Counted from the first letter of the stretch, positions 9,279-18,556 are shown. The stretch: 64,000 nt of DNA from an uncultured Candidatus Actinomarina sp. (GCA_902580215.1 CACHJT010000002.1:72425-136424); one strand, 5' to 3'. A program made the numbers and translations. The notes: generated by a model not told the origin, from the sequence alone.

Positions 9279-10307
9279 GTGAGACTCACAGAGTATTCTC
9301 ATGGCTCAGGTTGAGCATGTAAACTCTCCCAAGGAGAGCTTGCTCAGGTTCTGAAGCAATCAAAACAAAATAATTTAAACAATTCTGAAGTTTTAGTGGG
9401 GTTAGAAAATCCAGATGATGGCGCGGTTATTGATCTAGGCAATAAAACTAAAATTGTACAAACAGTTGATTTTTTTACGCCTATATTAGATAACCCCTAC
9501 GATTGGGGTAGAGTTGCTGCAACAAATGCCTTATCTGATATATATGCCATGGGTGGTACACCTATTTCATCTTTACAGTTAGTAAGTTGGCCAAGAGAAG
9601 ATATAGGTTTTGATGTCTTATCAGATGTTATTAGGGGAGGCTCAGATGTAATGAAGTCTGCCAATTGCAATATTGTTGGAGGGCACAGTATTGATGACAA
9701 AGAACCAAAATATGGTTTTGCCGTAACAGGTATCGTTAATGAAAAAATCTATACAAAAACGAATATTAAAAATGGAGATAAACTTTTTCTAACCAAGCCT
9801 CTCGGTTCTGGAATTATTGCAACCGCAATAAAAAAAGGAGTTGCCGATGAAGAAGCAATAAATCAGGTAACAAATGTAATGACAACCCTAAATGATGCAG
9901 GCCTTGAAGTCGCAAAGCACCTCAATGCAAATGCAATTACAGACGTTACTGGTTTTGGACTTCTTGGCCACCTGAGTGAAATGTTGATTGATGAAAAATT
10001 ATCAGCAAATTTGATATTCGATAAAGTTCCAATCATTGAGTTTGCAAAAAATTATTTTCATAGTGGCATTTATCCATCAGGAAGCCAAAGAAATTTAGAC
10101 TCAGTAAAAGACATTATCTCATTCGAGGATCAAGACGAGGCACTTTTATTAGCAGATGCTCAAACCAGTGGAGGATTATTAATTTCTGCACCTGCTGAAA
10201 CAGATATAGATTTGATAGAAATTGAAAAAATATATGGAGTTTTTCTAAAAGAAATTGGAAATATAACTGATAGATATAATCAAAAAATAAATATTATTAG
10301 TAGTTGA
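9279..10307 (+). CDS. selD: Selenophosphate synthetase SelD with an in-frame UGA (selenocysteine) codon at 9312-9314
   Basis: The track ORF (9396..10307) carries SelD motifs (DFFTPILDNPYDWGRVAATNALSDIYAMGG, GGHSIDD, DVTGFGLLGHLSEM). The same frame extends back to GTG 9279, which lies 5 nt after AAGGAGG. It reads VRLTEYSHGSG-TGA-ACKLSQGELAQVL, matching the E. coli loop RLTQYSHGAGCGCK with TGA at the catalytic Cys17 position. Confidence 0.85.
9312..9346 (+). promoter_or_regulatory. Putative bacterial SECIS hairpin starting at the selD UGA
   Basis: Lower stem 9312-9317 (TGAGCA) pairs with 9341-9346 (TGCTCA). Upper stem 9324-9329 (CTCTCC) pairs with 9333-9338 (GGAGAG). The apical loop is 9330-9332 (CAA), and there is an asymmetric internal loop. 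Confidence 0.45.
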
Positions 10308-11227
10308 TGATTAAAACACTAACTAAAATTTTTGCTTTTACTGCAGTAACAAAAAGCCTACTCGAGACCAAAAAGAGCCAATCTGCAGGAACTACACAAA
10401 TTCACCCAAGTAAAATTCCAGGCAGGACTGTATTCATAAGAGAAAAAGAATACTTTATTAGAGAAAATATTATAGACGGCACAACCCCTATAATATTTCT
10501 CCACAGCTGGGGGTCAGACTCCCTAGGAAGCTGGTTTAAAATATTGCCTAAAATTAAAAATGAAACCTCTTTTGTTGCTATAGATTTGCGTAATCATGGA
10601 AAGTCTGATGCTAGTTGGGACAGATGGGACGTAGATGAAAATGCCGATGTTGTTATTAGCATTCTAAAAGAGCTTGGCATTTCAAGTTGCAATATTGTTG
10701 GTTGGTCAATGGGAAGTGCAGTTGCAATGTCAATTGCCAAAAAAAATAAGCCATTAGTAAATAAATTAGTTTTAATTACACCTTTTAGCTGGCTTGGTGG
10801 TGCTGTGTATAGCGATAAAGTAGCATTTAAAATATTTGTTAGTTTTGTAAGAATAAGAGAAAGATTATTCCCTAATTTCAATCCAAAATCTAAGTTTTCA
10901 TTTTTAAAAAAATCAAACTCTATTAACGATGAATATACAGAGTGGGCATGGAACAATCTGCATAAATCAAAAGATGACTTCATTTACGCAGATGGGGGAA
11001 GATTTGTTGTTCCTTATGATGCAAGGTCTTGGATACAAGAAATTGAAGCTGAGACCCTAGTAATTACTGGGGGTAGAGATAAACTTGTACCAGAAGAAAC
11101 TTCAAATGATGTTGTTAAGAGATTAAAAGAAGTAAAAGTGAAAACTTTTCCTGATGCTGGCCACTCAGTTCCATGGACACATGAAGAAGATCTATTAACA
11201 GAACTTAGAGAATTTTTTAGTTTATGA
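10307..11227 (+). CDS. Alpha/beta-fold hydrolase
   Basis: Nucleophile elbow GWSMGS, an HG-type oxyanion region (IIFLHSWG) and a C-terminal DAGH catalytic His context. ATG 10307 shares one nt with the selD TGA; TTG 10304 is the alternative start used in the track. Confidence 0.7.
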   Translation: MIKTLTKIFAFTAVTKSLLETKKSQSAGTTQIHPSKIPGRTVFIREKEYFIRENIIDGTTPIIFLHSWGSDSLGSWFKILPKIKNETSFVAIDLRNHGKSDASWDRWDVDENADVVISILKELGISSCNIVGWSMGSAVAMSIAKKNKPLVNKLVLITPFSWLGGAVYSDKVAFKIFVSFVRIRERLFPNFNPKSKFSFLKKSNSINDEYTEWAWNNLHKSKDDFIYADGGRFVVPYDARSWIQEIEAETLVITGGRDKLVPEETSNDVVKRLKEVKVKTFPDAGHSVPWTHEEDLLTELREFFSL

Positions 11228-12357
11228 AAAAAAATGTACTATTTTTCTCACCAACTTTTTATGACTTACCTTTAAATGAAAATATAAAAAAAAAGTACGA
11301 TAATTTAAGTGAAGTCGCAAATGTTACGGTTCTTGCATTTTCGAGCCAAAAAAAAATACATTCTGAATCAAAGACAACTTTTTATTTAAATAAAAAAAAC
11401 AAATCAAGAATTTTTAACTATTTGAAAATATTTTTTGTATCTTATTTTCAAATACCTAAATTAATATCCCAATATGAAATTGAAATAGTTACATTTCAAG
11501 ATCCGGTAACAAGTTTTCTGGGTGTTTATAAAATCAAAAAAAAGTATAAAGATGTAAAAATAGTCATTGAATCACATGGAGATTTTATAAATACTTTGGA
11601 GTTAGAAAAAAATCTAACATTTCCAAATTTATATAAAAATTTATTTTCCAGGATGGCATCTTACACAATAAATTGCGCTGATATGTTGAGAGCAGTTTCT
11701 TCTTCTACAGAGGAGCAAGCACTGTCTTTTAATCCATCAAAACGTGTTGTAAGATTTCCAGCATGGATAGATTTTGAAATATTTAGCAACATCGACCCTA
11801 TGAGAGATGGTAGTGGAAAATTTAAAATACTCTTTATTGGAAGTGTGACTGATAGGAAAAAACCTCATATGATTATTGATGCCTTGCCCGAGTTAATTAG
11901 TGACCAGGTTGAGCTGAACATAGTAGGCCCAACACCCAATCAAAACTATCTTGAAAGTCTAAAAGAAAAAATAAAATCTAAAAATGTTGAAGATAGAGTT
12001 TTTATTCATGGAAATAAAAATAGAGATGAAGTGAAAAAGTTTTACTCTGAAAATAACTTAATGATTCTTCCTTCGGTATCAGAGGGCCTAGCAAGAGTAA
12101 TATTTGAGTCCCAAGTAACAGCATGCCCCGTGCTTGTTACAGACGCCCCTGGAATGCAAGACATAGTCATAGACGGACAAACAGGTTATGTATTTGAGAG
12201 TAATAATTTAGATTCCATGATAAAAAAAATAAATCATGTGATTCAAAATTATAATGAAGCAACTTCTGTTGGGATAAATGCAAAAGAATTCATTTTATCT
12301 AATTATTCCTCAGATAATTTTAAATTCAGTTTTCAAAAAATATTTGATACTGTTTAA
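11224..12357 (+). CDS. GT-B glycosyltransferase, family 4-like
   Basis: C-terminal motif SVSEGLARVIFESQVTACPVLVTDAPGMQDIVIDGQTGYVFE (E-x7-E type). ATGA start/stop overlap with the hydrolase gene. Confidence 0.75.
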   Translation: MKKNVLFFSPTFYDLPLNENIKKKYDNLSEVANVTVLAFSSQKKIHSESKTTFYLNKKNKSRIFNYLKIFFVSYFQIPKLISQYEIEIVTFQDPVTSFLGVYKIKKKYKDVKIVIESHGDFINTLELEKNLTFPNLYKNLFSRMASYTINCADMLRAVSSSTEEQALSFNPSKRVVRFPAWIDFEIFSNIDPMRDGSGKFKILFIGSVTDRKKPHMIIDALPELISDQVELNIVGPTPNQNYLESLKEKIKSKNVEDRVFIHGNKNRDEVKKFYSENNLMILPSVSEGLARVIFESQVTACPVLVTDAPGMQDIVIDGQTGYVFESNNLDSMIKKINHVIQNYNEATSVGINAKEFILSNYSSDNFKFSFQKIFDTV

Positions 12358-12409
12358 CTAAATAATACTTACAACATAAACTGTCTTGCTATATTGCTAT
12401 TCTTAAATT

Positions 12410-13435
12410 ATGGAAAATATATTTTATGGTTTAATAGTTATCCTCTTACTTGCCAATCTTTATTTTGTAACAAGAAAAGAAACTGAAGAAGACAATAAAG
12501 ATGACGAGTATTTAATTAAAGGAATTGTAAGTGAAATAATTGAAAATGAAGAATCCCAAATATACAAATTACTAAATAGGTCTGATCAGACAGTAAAAGA
12601 TTTTCTAGAGAAGACTGGTGAAATTAAGTCCTCTATAACTGGAGTGGATCAGCAAACTAGAAATTTAATATCTGTATTAAATAATAACCAAAGTAGAGGC
12701 CAGTGGGCAGAGTTTCAGGTCGAAGACTTGCTAGAAATTATGGAGTATAAAGAGGGCCTCCATTACCAAACCCAAAAAAGAATGTCTAGTGGTACAATTC
12801 CTGATTTCACATTTTATCTTCCTGAAAATAAAACAATAAATATGGATTCAAAATTTCCATTAACGAACTATATGGAGATAGCCAAATTAAACAGAGATCT
12901 TGAAGATGAAACTCTTGACGAGTTAGCACGAAAAGAAATAACTGAATCTATTAGAAGTAAAAATAAAGAGTTTTTAGATAAAGCAATTAAAACCAAAATT
13001 GATGATACATCTTCAAGGGAAGGGTACATATCAGCTGAAGAAGGTACTGTTGACTTTGTCTTAATGTACATACCACTTGAAAATTTGTATCACTTTTTAT
13101 TAACTTCAGAAATCGGTGCAAACAGAACACCTGTTATTCAGTATGCTTTCTCTAAAAAAGTTATACTAGTAAGTCCTCAGACACTAATGGCTTACCTCGA
13201 GACTATAAGGCACTCAATGAAACTATTCAGTTTACAAACTGATACAAAAAATATTTTGGCCACTCATGAAAAAATTAAAGTGGAAATTAGAAAGTTTATT
13301 GAATCTTTTGACGATGTAACTAAGAGGCTAGATCAAACTGTAAAATCTTTTGAGGCATTAAAAACTACTAGAGTAAATAAACTTGAGAAATCATTTGAAG
13401 AATTAGATAGCGTAAATAAGGAGCTAGAGGATTAG
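12410..13435 (+). CDS. rmuC: DNA recombination protein RmuC
   Basis: N-terminal TM segment, coiled-coil region, an RGQWAEFQVEDLLE motif and a C-terminal nuclease-like domain typical of RmuC. Confidence 0.8.
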   Translation: MENIFYGLIVILLLANLYFVTRKETEEDNKDDEYLIKGIVSEIIENEESQIYKLLNRSDQTVKDFLEKTGEIKSSITGVDQQTRNLISVLNNNQSRGQWAEFQVEDLLEIMEYKEGLHYQTQKRMSSGTIPDFTFYLPENKTINMDSKFPLTNYMEIAKLNRDLEDETLDELARKEITESIRSKNKEFLDKAIKTKIDDTSSREGYISAEEGTVDFVLMYIPLENLYHFLLTSEIGANRTPVIQYAFSKKVILVSPQTLMAYLETIRHSMKLFSLQTDTKNILATHEKIKVEIRKFIESFDDVTKRLDQTVKSFEALKTTRVNKLEKSFEELDSVNKELED

Positions 13436-13824
13436 TAATTATCGGCTAGTTTTGTGACAACCATTATGCATTTGTCATCTATATAATTTTTGTTATTAGA
13501 TTCTAAATACGAAGAAATTTCTGAACTCTCTGCACCAGGCTGATACCAGAAATTATCATAACCTGATTCAACTAGGTCTTTAGTTAATTCAAAACCAATA
13601 CTGGGTGGCACTACAAAATTAATTATTGATGGATTTTCACTCAGTTCAGAAACATTGTTGTATGACTTTAAACCAGCGATGAATGTTTCTTTAGGGTTTA
13701 CAGGAACAACATTATGACCTTTTGATACTAAGTCTAATAAAATCTTATTTCCATATTTATTTTTATCATTACTTGCTCCTATTAGAGCAATTAGGTTATT
13801 TTTGTTTTTTAATGAATCAATCAA
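13432..13824 (-). CDS. CoA-binding domain protein (YccU-like)
   Basis: 130 aa with an IALIGASNDKNKYGNKILLDL Rossmann-like start typical of the CoA_binding_2 family. Confidence 0.7.
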   Translation of the reverse strand: MIDSLKNKNNLIALIGASNDKNKYGNKILLDLVSKGHNVVPVNPKETFIAGLKSYNNVSELSENPSIINFVVPPSIGFELTKDLVESGYDNFWYQPGAESSEISSYLESNNKNYIDDKCIMVVTKLADNY

Positions 13825-15615
13825 TTAGAAGTTTTCAGCCTTCATTGCGTACAAATCATCTTTACCTGCTGTTATAGATGATGCGTATCCTGAAGCTAAA
13901 GGTAATAGTTGTTCTATATAAAATTTTGATAATGTTAGTTTGTCTTTGTAAAATTCATCACCAGTTTCTTTAAACTTTTTGTTTGCAAGAATTGCAGCTT
14001 TACCCATATAGTATCCACCTAAAACTTGACCAAACATTTTCAAATATGGTGTAGCACCAGCACTTGCATCAACCAACTCTCCCTCAAGCATTTTAGAACC
14101 AAGCCATAAAGTTATTTCAGATAATGTATTTACTTCTTTTTCAAGCTTTTCAGCCATTGATACAAGTTCTTCATCGTCTTGTTTCATTTCATCGATAACT
14201 TTATTGACATCTGATAGAAGCCTTTGCATTGCTTGACCATTATCAAGAGGTAGCTTTCTAAACATTAAATCTAATGCTTGAATTCCATTTGTTCCTTCAT
14301 AAATTGGAGCTATTCTTGCATCACGTAAGTACTGAGCTACTCCTGTTTCTTCAACATAGCCCATACCTCCATAGACTTGGATTGCAATATTAGACAATTC
14401 AACTCCAAGATCAGATATCCAAGCTTTAGTTATAGGTGTCAATATTCCACACCTTTCTTCACCAAATGCTTTCATTTCTTCGTCTTCTCCAAAGTACTCA
14501 ACATCAAGCATTAACTGGTTATCATACATGAGGTATCTCATTGCATCGACATATGCTTTAATTGTCATAAGCATTCTTCTTACATCTGCATGATCAATAA
14601 TTGTTGAATTTTTAGCGTCTTCCTTAGACATCCCTACAGGTCTTCCTTGTACTCGGTCTCTAGCATATTGAGCGGCACCTTGCAATGAACCTGAAGCACA
14701 TGCTAATCCTTGTCCACCTACCCATACACGAGCTTCGTTCATCATCGTAAACATATAGTTAAGACCTCGGTTCTCTTCTCCAACTAAATAACCAACAGAA
14801 CCATCATATTCCATAACACAAGTCGGACTTGCATGAATTCCCAGCTTTTCTTCGATAGATATACAACTTACATTATTTGAATCACCTACAGACCCATCAT
14901 CATTAACTGTATATTTTGGCACTATAAACATAGAGATACCTTTGGTTCCTTCAGGAGACCCAGGAACTTTAGCCAAAACAAGGTGAATTATATTTTCTGT
15001 CATGTTATGTTCACCAAATGTAATCCAAACTTTTGTGCCCGTTATTTTATACGAACCATCCTCTTGAGGCTCAGCCTTTGTAGTAATTGTTCCGAGATCT
15101 GACCCTGATTGAGGCTCACTCAAATTCATTGTTCCTGTCCATTCACCTGAAACAAGTTTTGGTAAAAATTTATCTTTTTGTTCTTGGCTGCCGTGAAAAT
15201 TTATAGCAGAAATTGCACCAGCACTTAAACCAGGTGCTAAACCAAAAGCTAAATTGGCTGTACTAAGAATTTCTAAAGTTCCACCAGACAATGTTATAGG
15301 CATTCCACCACCACCAATATCAGAAGGCAGAGATATTGAGGCCCATCCAGCTTCAGCAAATTTTTGATAAGCATCAACAAACTCTTCAGGCATGGTTACA
15401 ACCCCATCCTTAATCGTTGCTCCTTGCTGATCTCCAATGGCATTTATTGGCGCAAGGACTTCTTCAGAGAATTTAGCACACTCTTCCATTGTTGGAATAA
15501 CAATATCTTCTGAAAAATCACTAAATGCTGAAATTTTATTTAGAACATTATAAGAATCTATTACTTCATAACCAAAAACTATATCTTTAACTGGAGCTTT
15601 ATAGGGAACTGCCAT
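13825..15615 (-). CDS. Long-form acyl-CoA dehydrogenase (N-terminal extension + ACAD core + C-terminal domain; FadE5/DmdC-type architecture)
   Basis: 596 aa with ACAD core motifs (SEPQSGSDLG, ITGTKVWITFGEH, YEGTNGIQALDL) and the N-terminal AVPYKAPVKD extension seen in the ~600-aa subclass. Confidence 0.85.
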   Translation of the reverse strand: MAVPYKAPVKDIVFGYEVIDSYNVLNKISAFSDFSEDIVIPTMEECAKFSEEVLAPINAIGDQQGATIKDGVVTMPEEFVDAYQKFAEAGWASISLPSDIGGGGMPITLSGGTLEILSTANLAFGLAPGLSAGAISAINFHGSQEQKDKFLPKLVSGEWTGTMNLSEPQSGSDLGTITTKAEPQEDGSYKITGTKVWITFGEHNMTENIIHLVLAKVPGSPEGTKGISMFIVPKYTVNDDGSVGDSNNVSCISIEEKLGIHASPTCVMEYDGSVGYLVGEENRGLNYMFTMMNEARVWVGGQGLACASGSLQGAAQYARDRVQGRPVGMSKEDAKNSTIIDHADVRRMLMTIKAYVDAMRYLMYDNQLMLDVEYFGEDEEMKAFGEERCGILTPITKAWISDLGVELSNIAIQVYGGMGYVEETGVAQYLRDARIAPIYEGTNGIQALDLMFRKLPLDNGQAMQRLLSDVNKVIDEMKQDDEELVSMAEKLEKEVNTLSEITLWLGSKMLEGELVDASAGATPYLKMFGQVLGGYYMGKAAILANKKFKETGDEFYKDKLTLSKFYIEQLLPLASGYASSITAGKDDLYAMKAENF

Positions 15616-15656
15616 AAGTAATTATTTTAGTAGATATTTCTAAAAAGTATAAATTG

Positions 15657-16508
15657 CTAACGAAGGTTTACGTCTACAAGCTGTGATATTTCCTCAATTT
15701 TTTCAACTGTAGGTTTATCATTTGTTCCGGCTACGATAGCACCTGCTGCACAGGCTTTTTTTATATTTGGTATTAAGTCGTTTACACCAAAAGCTGCAAT
15801 ATATGCCGCAGTTGCATCTCCAGCACCATTTGAATTTATGGTTTTAAAATCTGGAGGAACTATTTCTATAGCCCCTTCTGTACTCAGTAGTCTCGCTGGC
15901 AAGTTCGAGGATGTTAAGAGTATATATTCTACAGTTTTTGAATCTATAAGATTATTAGCTTCATCAACACTAATCTCATCTTTGCTGACTATAAGAAAAT
16001 CTAATTTGTAATCAATTTCATATTCATAACCTGCTTGGCAAACAAACAAATTATTTTGTTTTTTGAGATCTTTCAGTTTATCTTTAATGAACCTAATAGA
16101 GTACCTATCTATAATTAGCGAATCAAAGTTGTTTAAATTTTCGAAATTACTCCACTCAAGGCCTTCATATCCTGAAGAGACTATTGTTCTCTCACCGGAA
16201 GAGTCTACAAAAATAGAACATGTTGGAGTTAATGATTGATTGATTATTAAACCATCAATATTTATGTTATTTTCATTTAGATAGTCAACTAAGTATTTAC
16301 CCATAGAGTCACTACCGATACTATTTCCTCTAACCTCAACGGATTTGTTCCAAAGAGAAATTAATTCCGAGCAATTTATAGCAGTCCCTCCTGGCCTCAT
16401 AGAAGACTTTAAACTACGAATATCACCACCTTTACTTGGCAACTCATCAACAAAGTAAATTAAATCGGGATTTAAAGTTCCAAAACAAAGAATATTCTTA
16501 AACGACAT
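15657..16508 (-). CDS. PfkB-family carbohydrate/nucleoside kinase
   Basis: The ribokinase-like C-terminal motif NSNGAGDATAAY, an N-terminal GxxNxD-like start, and a length of 283 aa. Confidence 0.75.
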   Translation of the reverse strand: MSFKNILCFGTLNPDLIYFVDELPSKGGDIRSLKSSMRPGGTAINCSELISLWNKSVEVRGNSIGSDSMGKYLVDYLNENNINIDGLIINQSLTPTCSIFVDSSGERTIVSSGYEGLEWSNFENLNNFDSLIIDRYSIRFIKDKLKDLKKQNNLFVCQAGYEYEIDYKLDFLIVSKDEISVDEANNLIDSKTVEYILLTSSNLPARLLSTEGAIEIVPPDFKTINSNGAGDATAAYIAAFGVNDLIPNIKKACAAGAIVAGTNDKPTVEKIEEISQLVDVNLR

Positions 16509-16525
16509 GAATTAAGAATTTTTAA

Positions 16526-18493
16526 TTATACAAGTCCGCTAATTACTGCTCCTGCAACCAGGATCGCGATGTAGCTAAACAAACCACCGACTATTGCAGC
16601 AAGTTTCATGCTACGAGAAATTGCACTAGGTCCGGCAAGATGATAAACCAAAACTCCAAAGAATGGAACCAGGTAAACAACTCCCAACCAAACATACTTC
16701 ATACTCCCATTAACCCTTTCGTTAGAGTCAATATCTTTTATTGCTAAAGCAGCCCATGCAGCATACAACACAAACGGCATCAAGTAACCGTAAAGTTGAA
16801 ACAATAACTGCCATATTGTAGGGCTAGAAATAGGCACTCCGCTCATAATTATCTCCTTTTCAGAATTGTAGTAATTTTCTAAGTCTTCATTTAGTAAGTT
16901 TGTTGGCACCTGTATAGAGTCTAAATCAGGTACATAAAATAAATTTATTGCAGGGGAAGGCTTATTGATATCTTTAAATTGCATGTTTTCTTGTTCCTTT
17001 GGCCATGGGTACTCTTTATATCTGTTTTTATCAAGTTCCGTTGTTTGGGCATCGGCAAAAAACCCAGCAAGCATCATTAAACCCGAAGGATCACCTTGTA
17101 AAGGAAACCTTGCAATCAAGTTTGAAGAGTCTATTGATGAACAGTTATGAAGTTGCTCTAAAAGTGGTGGGGTACTTGTTTGATAAACATTATCCTCAAA
17201 ACAATTTCCTGGACCCCATGGGCCAGCAAGAGCCAAGTCAGTGTATCCAGAATCTAAAACAATGTTGTCTTTTACACTCACATGTTGTGAAAAATATAAA
17301 TTAGCATCCAACATTGGACTTGCAACGATGCCATACCTGTCGTGGTTAACAACCAAATTTTTTTCTATTATGTCACCTACTCTTCCAGGCACAACTATTC
17401 CCATTCCTTTTGCAACAACACCAAATCGATTTGTTGGAGCTTCATAGTTGTTATTATCTATGACTAAATTGCCTACAATTGTTGTTTCTCGCCCTGGTGG
17501 ATTTAGCTCGGAGTCAAGAGTATTTGGTACTATCCCTGACATATTGTCTCTCCAGATATTGTTATAAAGATACAAGTGACCTCCTGCATTAGTTCCCGAG
17601 TAACCTAAAGCATTTCCTTCTACGACATTATCAAAAATTAATGAGTTACATGGATAACATTGTCCAATATAAATTCCACTATCAGGATGTCCTGATGCAT
17701 ATACATTATCAAACACACCATCTGTTGAATTAAATGCATAGACTCCATAATCACCATTGTTATAAACAGTGAGGTAAGAACCTTTAAAACCTTTTGAAGT
17801 ATTCCAGTAGACACCATTTAATGAAAAATTTCTTACAGAGAGATTTTCAACCGTTACCCCATCTGTTTCATAGATTTGAATACCATTCTCCCTCATAAAC
17901 TCTCCATCAATTATGACTTTATTTCTGTCGGTACCTCTAAGGGTTAAATATGAGGTGGTAACTGTGACACTTTCGTTATACACCCCGGGACTAATTAAAA
18001 CTAAATCACCGGTGTTTGCGCTATCTACAGCATCTTGAATTGTTGTGTACTGTTCATTTTTTCCAACTTTAAGCACATTGTCAGTCAAAGTAACAGAAAC
18101 GGCCTCAACAGTTTCTGTATAATCTACGTCGCCAACAACAATTGTTCCAACCATCCCTTTATTATTTGTTCCATGATACGGACAGTAGTATTCATAAACC
18201 CCAGGCTCATTGAAGGTGTGTTCATATTGATCGCCTTTAGTAATGATTCCATATTCAAAATAATCCGATGATATAGCCTGCCAAGAGCCATCGCTAGCAA
18301 TTACATTATGATTATTGGCCCCTCCTGATTCCCAAATTACTGTTGTGCCTGGTTCAACTCGCAGAACTCTCGGTGAAAACTCATCGTCTACAACTTTCAC
18401 GACTTGTGGCGTAAGATCTGTAGCCTCTTCGGAGCCACAAGCAAATAATAATAAAAAAGATGAAAGTAAAAGTACTTTGAACAATTTGTCCAT
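16526..18493 (-). CDS. Lipoprotein fusion: type-1-copper cupredoxin domain + right-handed beta-helix (NosD-like) region + C-terminal PLDc_N-type transmembrane domain
   Basis: Signal peptide with lipobox LLFAC. Cupredoxin ligand set (NNHNV ... YYCPYHGTNNKGM). A long G/N/V-rich repeat region typical of parallel beta-helix proteins. C-terminal TM helices contain WLGVVYLVPFFGVLVYHLAG. A GGAGG SD precedes the ATG. Confidence 0.7.
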   Translation of the reverse strand: MDKLFKVLLLSSFLLLFACGSEEATDLTPQVVKVVDDEFSPRVLRVEPGTTVIWESGGANNHNVIASDGSWQAISSDYFEYGIITKGDQYEHTFNEPGVYEYYCPYHGTNNKGMVGTIVVGDVDYTETVEAVSVTLTDNVLKVGKNEQYTTIQDAVDSANTGDLVLISPGVYNESVTVTTSYLTLRGTDRNKVIIDGEFMRENGIQIYETDGVTVENLSVRNFSLNGVYWNTSKGFKGSYLTVYNNGDYGVYAFNSTDGVFDNVYASGHPDSGIYIGQCYPCNSLIFDNVVEGNALGYSGTNAGGHLYLYNNIWRDNMSGIVPNTLDSELNPPGRETTIVGNLVIDNNNYEAPTNRFGVVAKGMGIVVPGRVGDIIEKNLVVNHDRYGIVASPMLDANLYFSQHVSVKDNIVLDSGYTDLALAGPWGPGNCFEDNVYQTSTPPLLEQLHNCSSIDSSNLIARFPLQGDPSGLMMLAGFFADAQTTELDKNRYKEYPWPKEQENMQFKDINKPSPAINLFYVPDLDSIQVPTNLLNEDLENYYNSEKEIIMSGVPISSPTIWQLLFQLYGYLMPFVLYAAWAALAIKDIDSNERVNGSMKYVWLGVVYLVPFFGVLVYHLAGPSAISRSMKLAAIVGGLFSYIAILVAGAVISGLV

Positions 18494-18556
18494 ATTAAAT
18501 TTTACCTCCGCATTATTTCAGATTCCAATTAATTAAAAATAAGTTAATATAAATAT

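Noticed and set aside
16965-18536. A cluster of short plus-strand ORFs (61-101 aa) inside the 655-aa lipoprotein gene.
   Set aside because: All are antisense to a long ORF with coherent domain structure and a strong SD. None has recognisable features.
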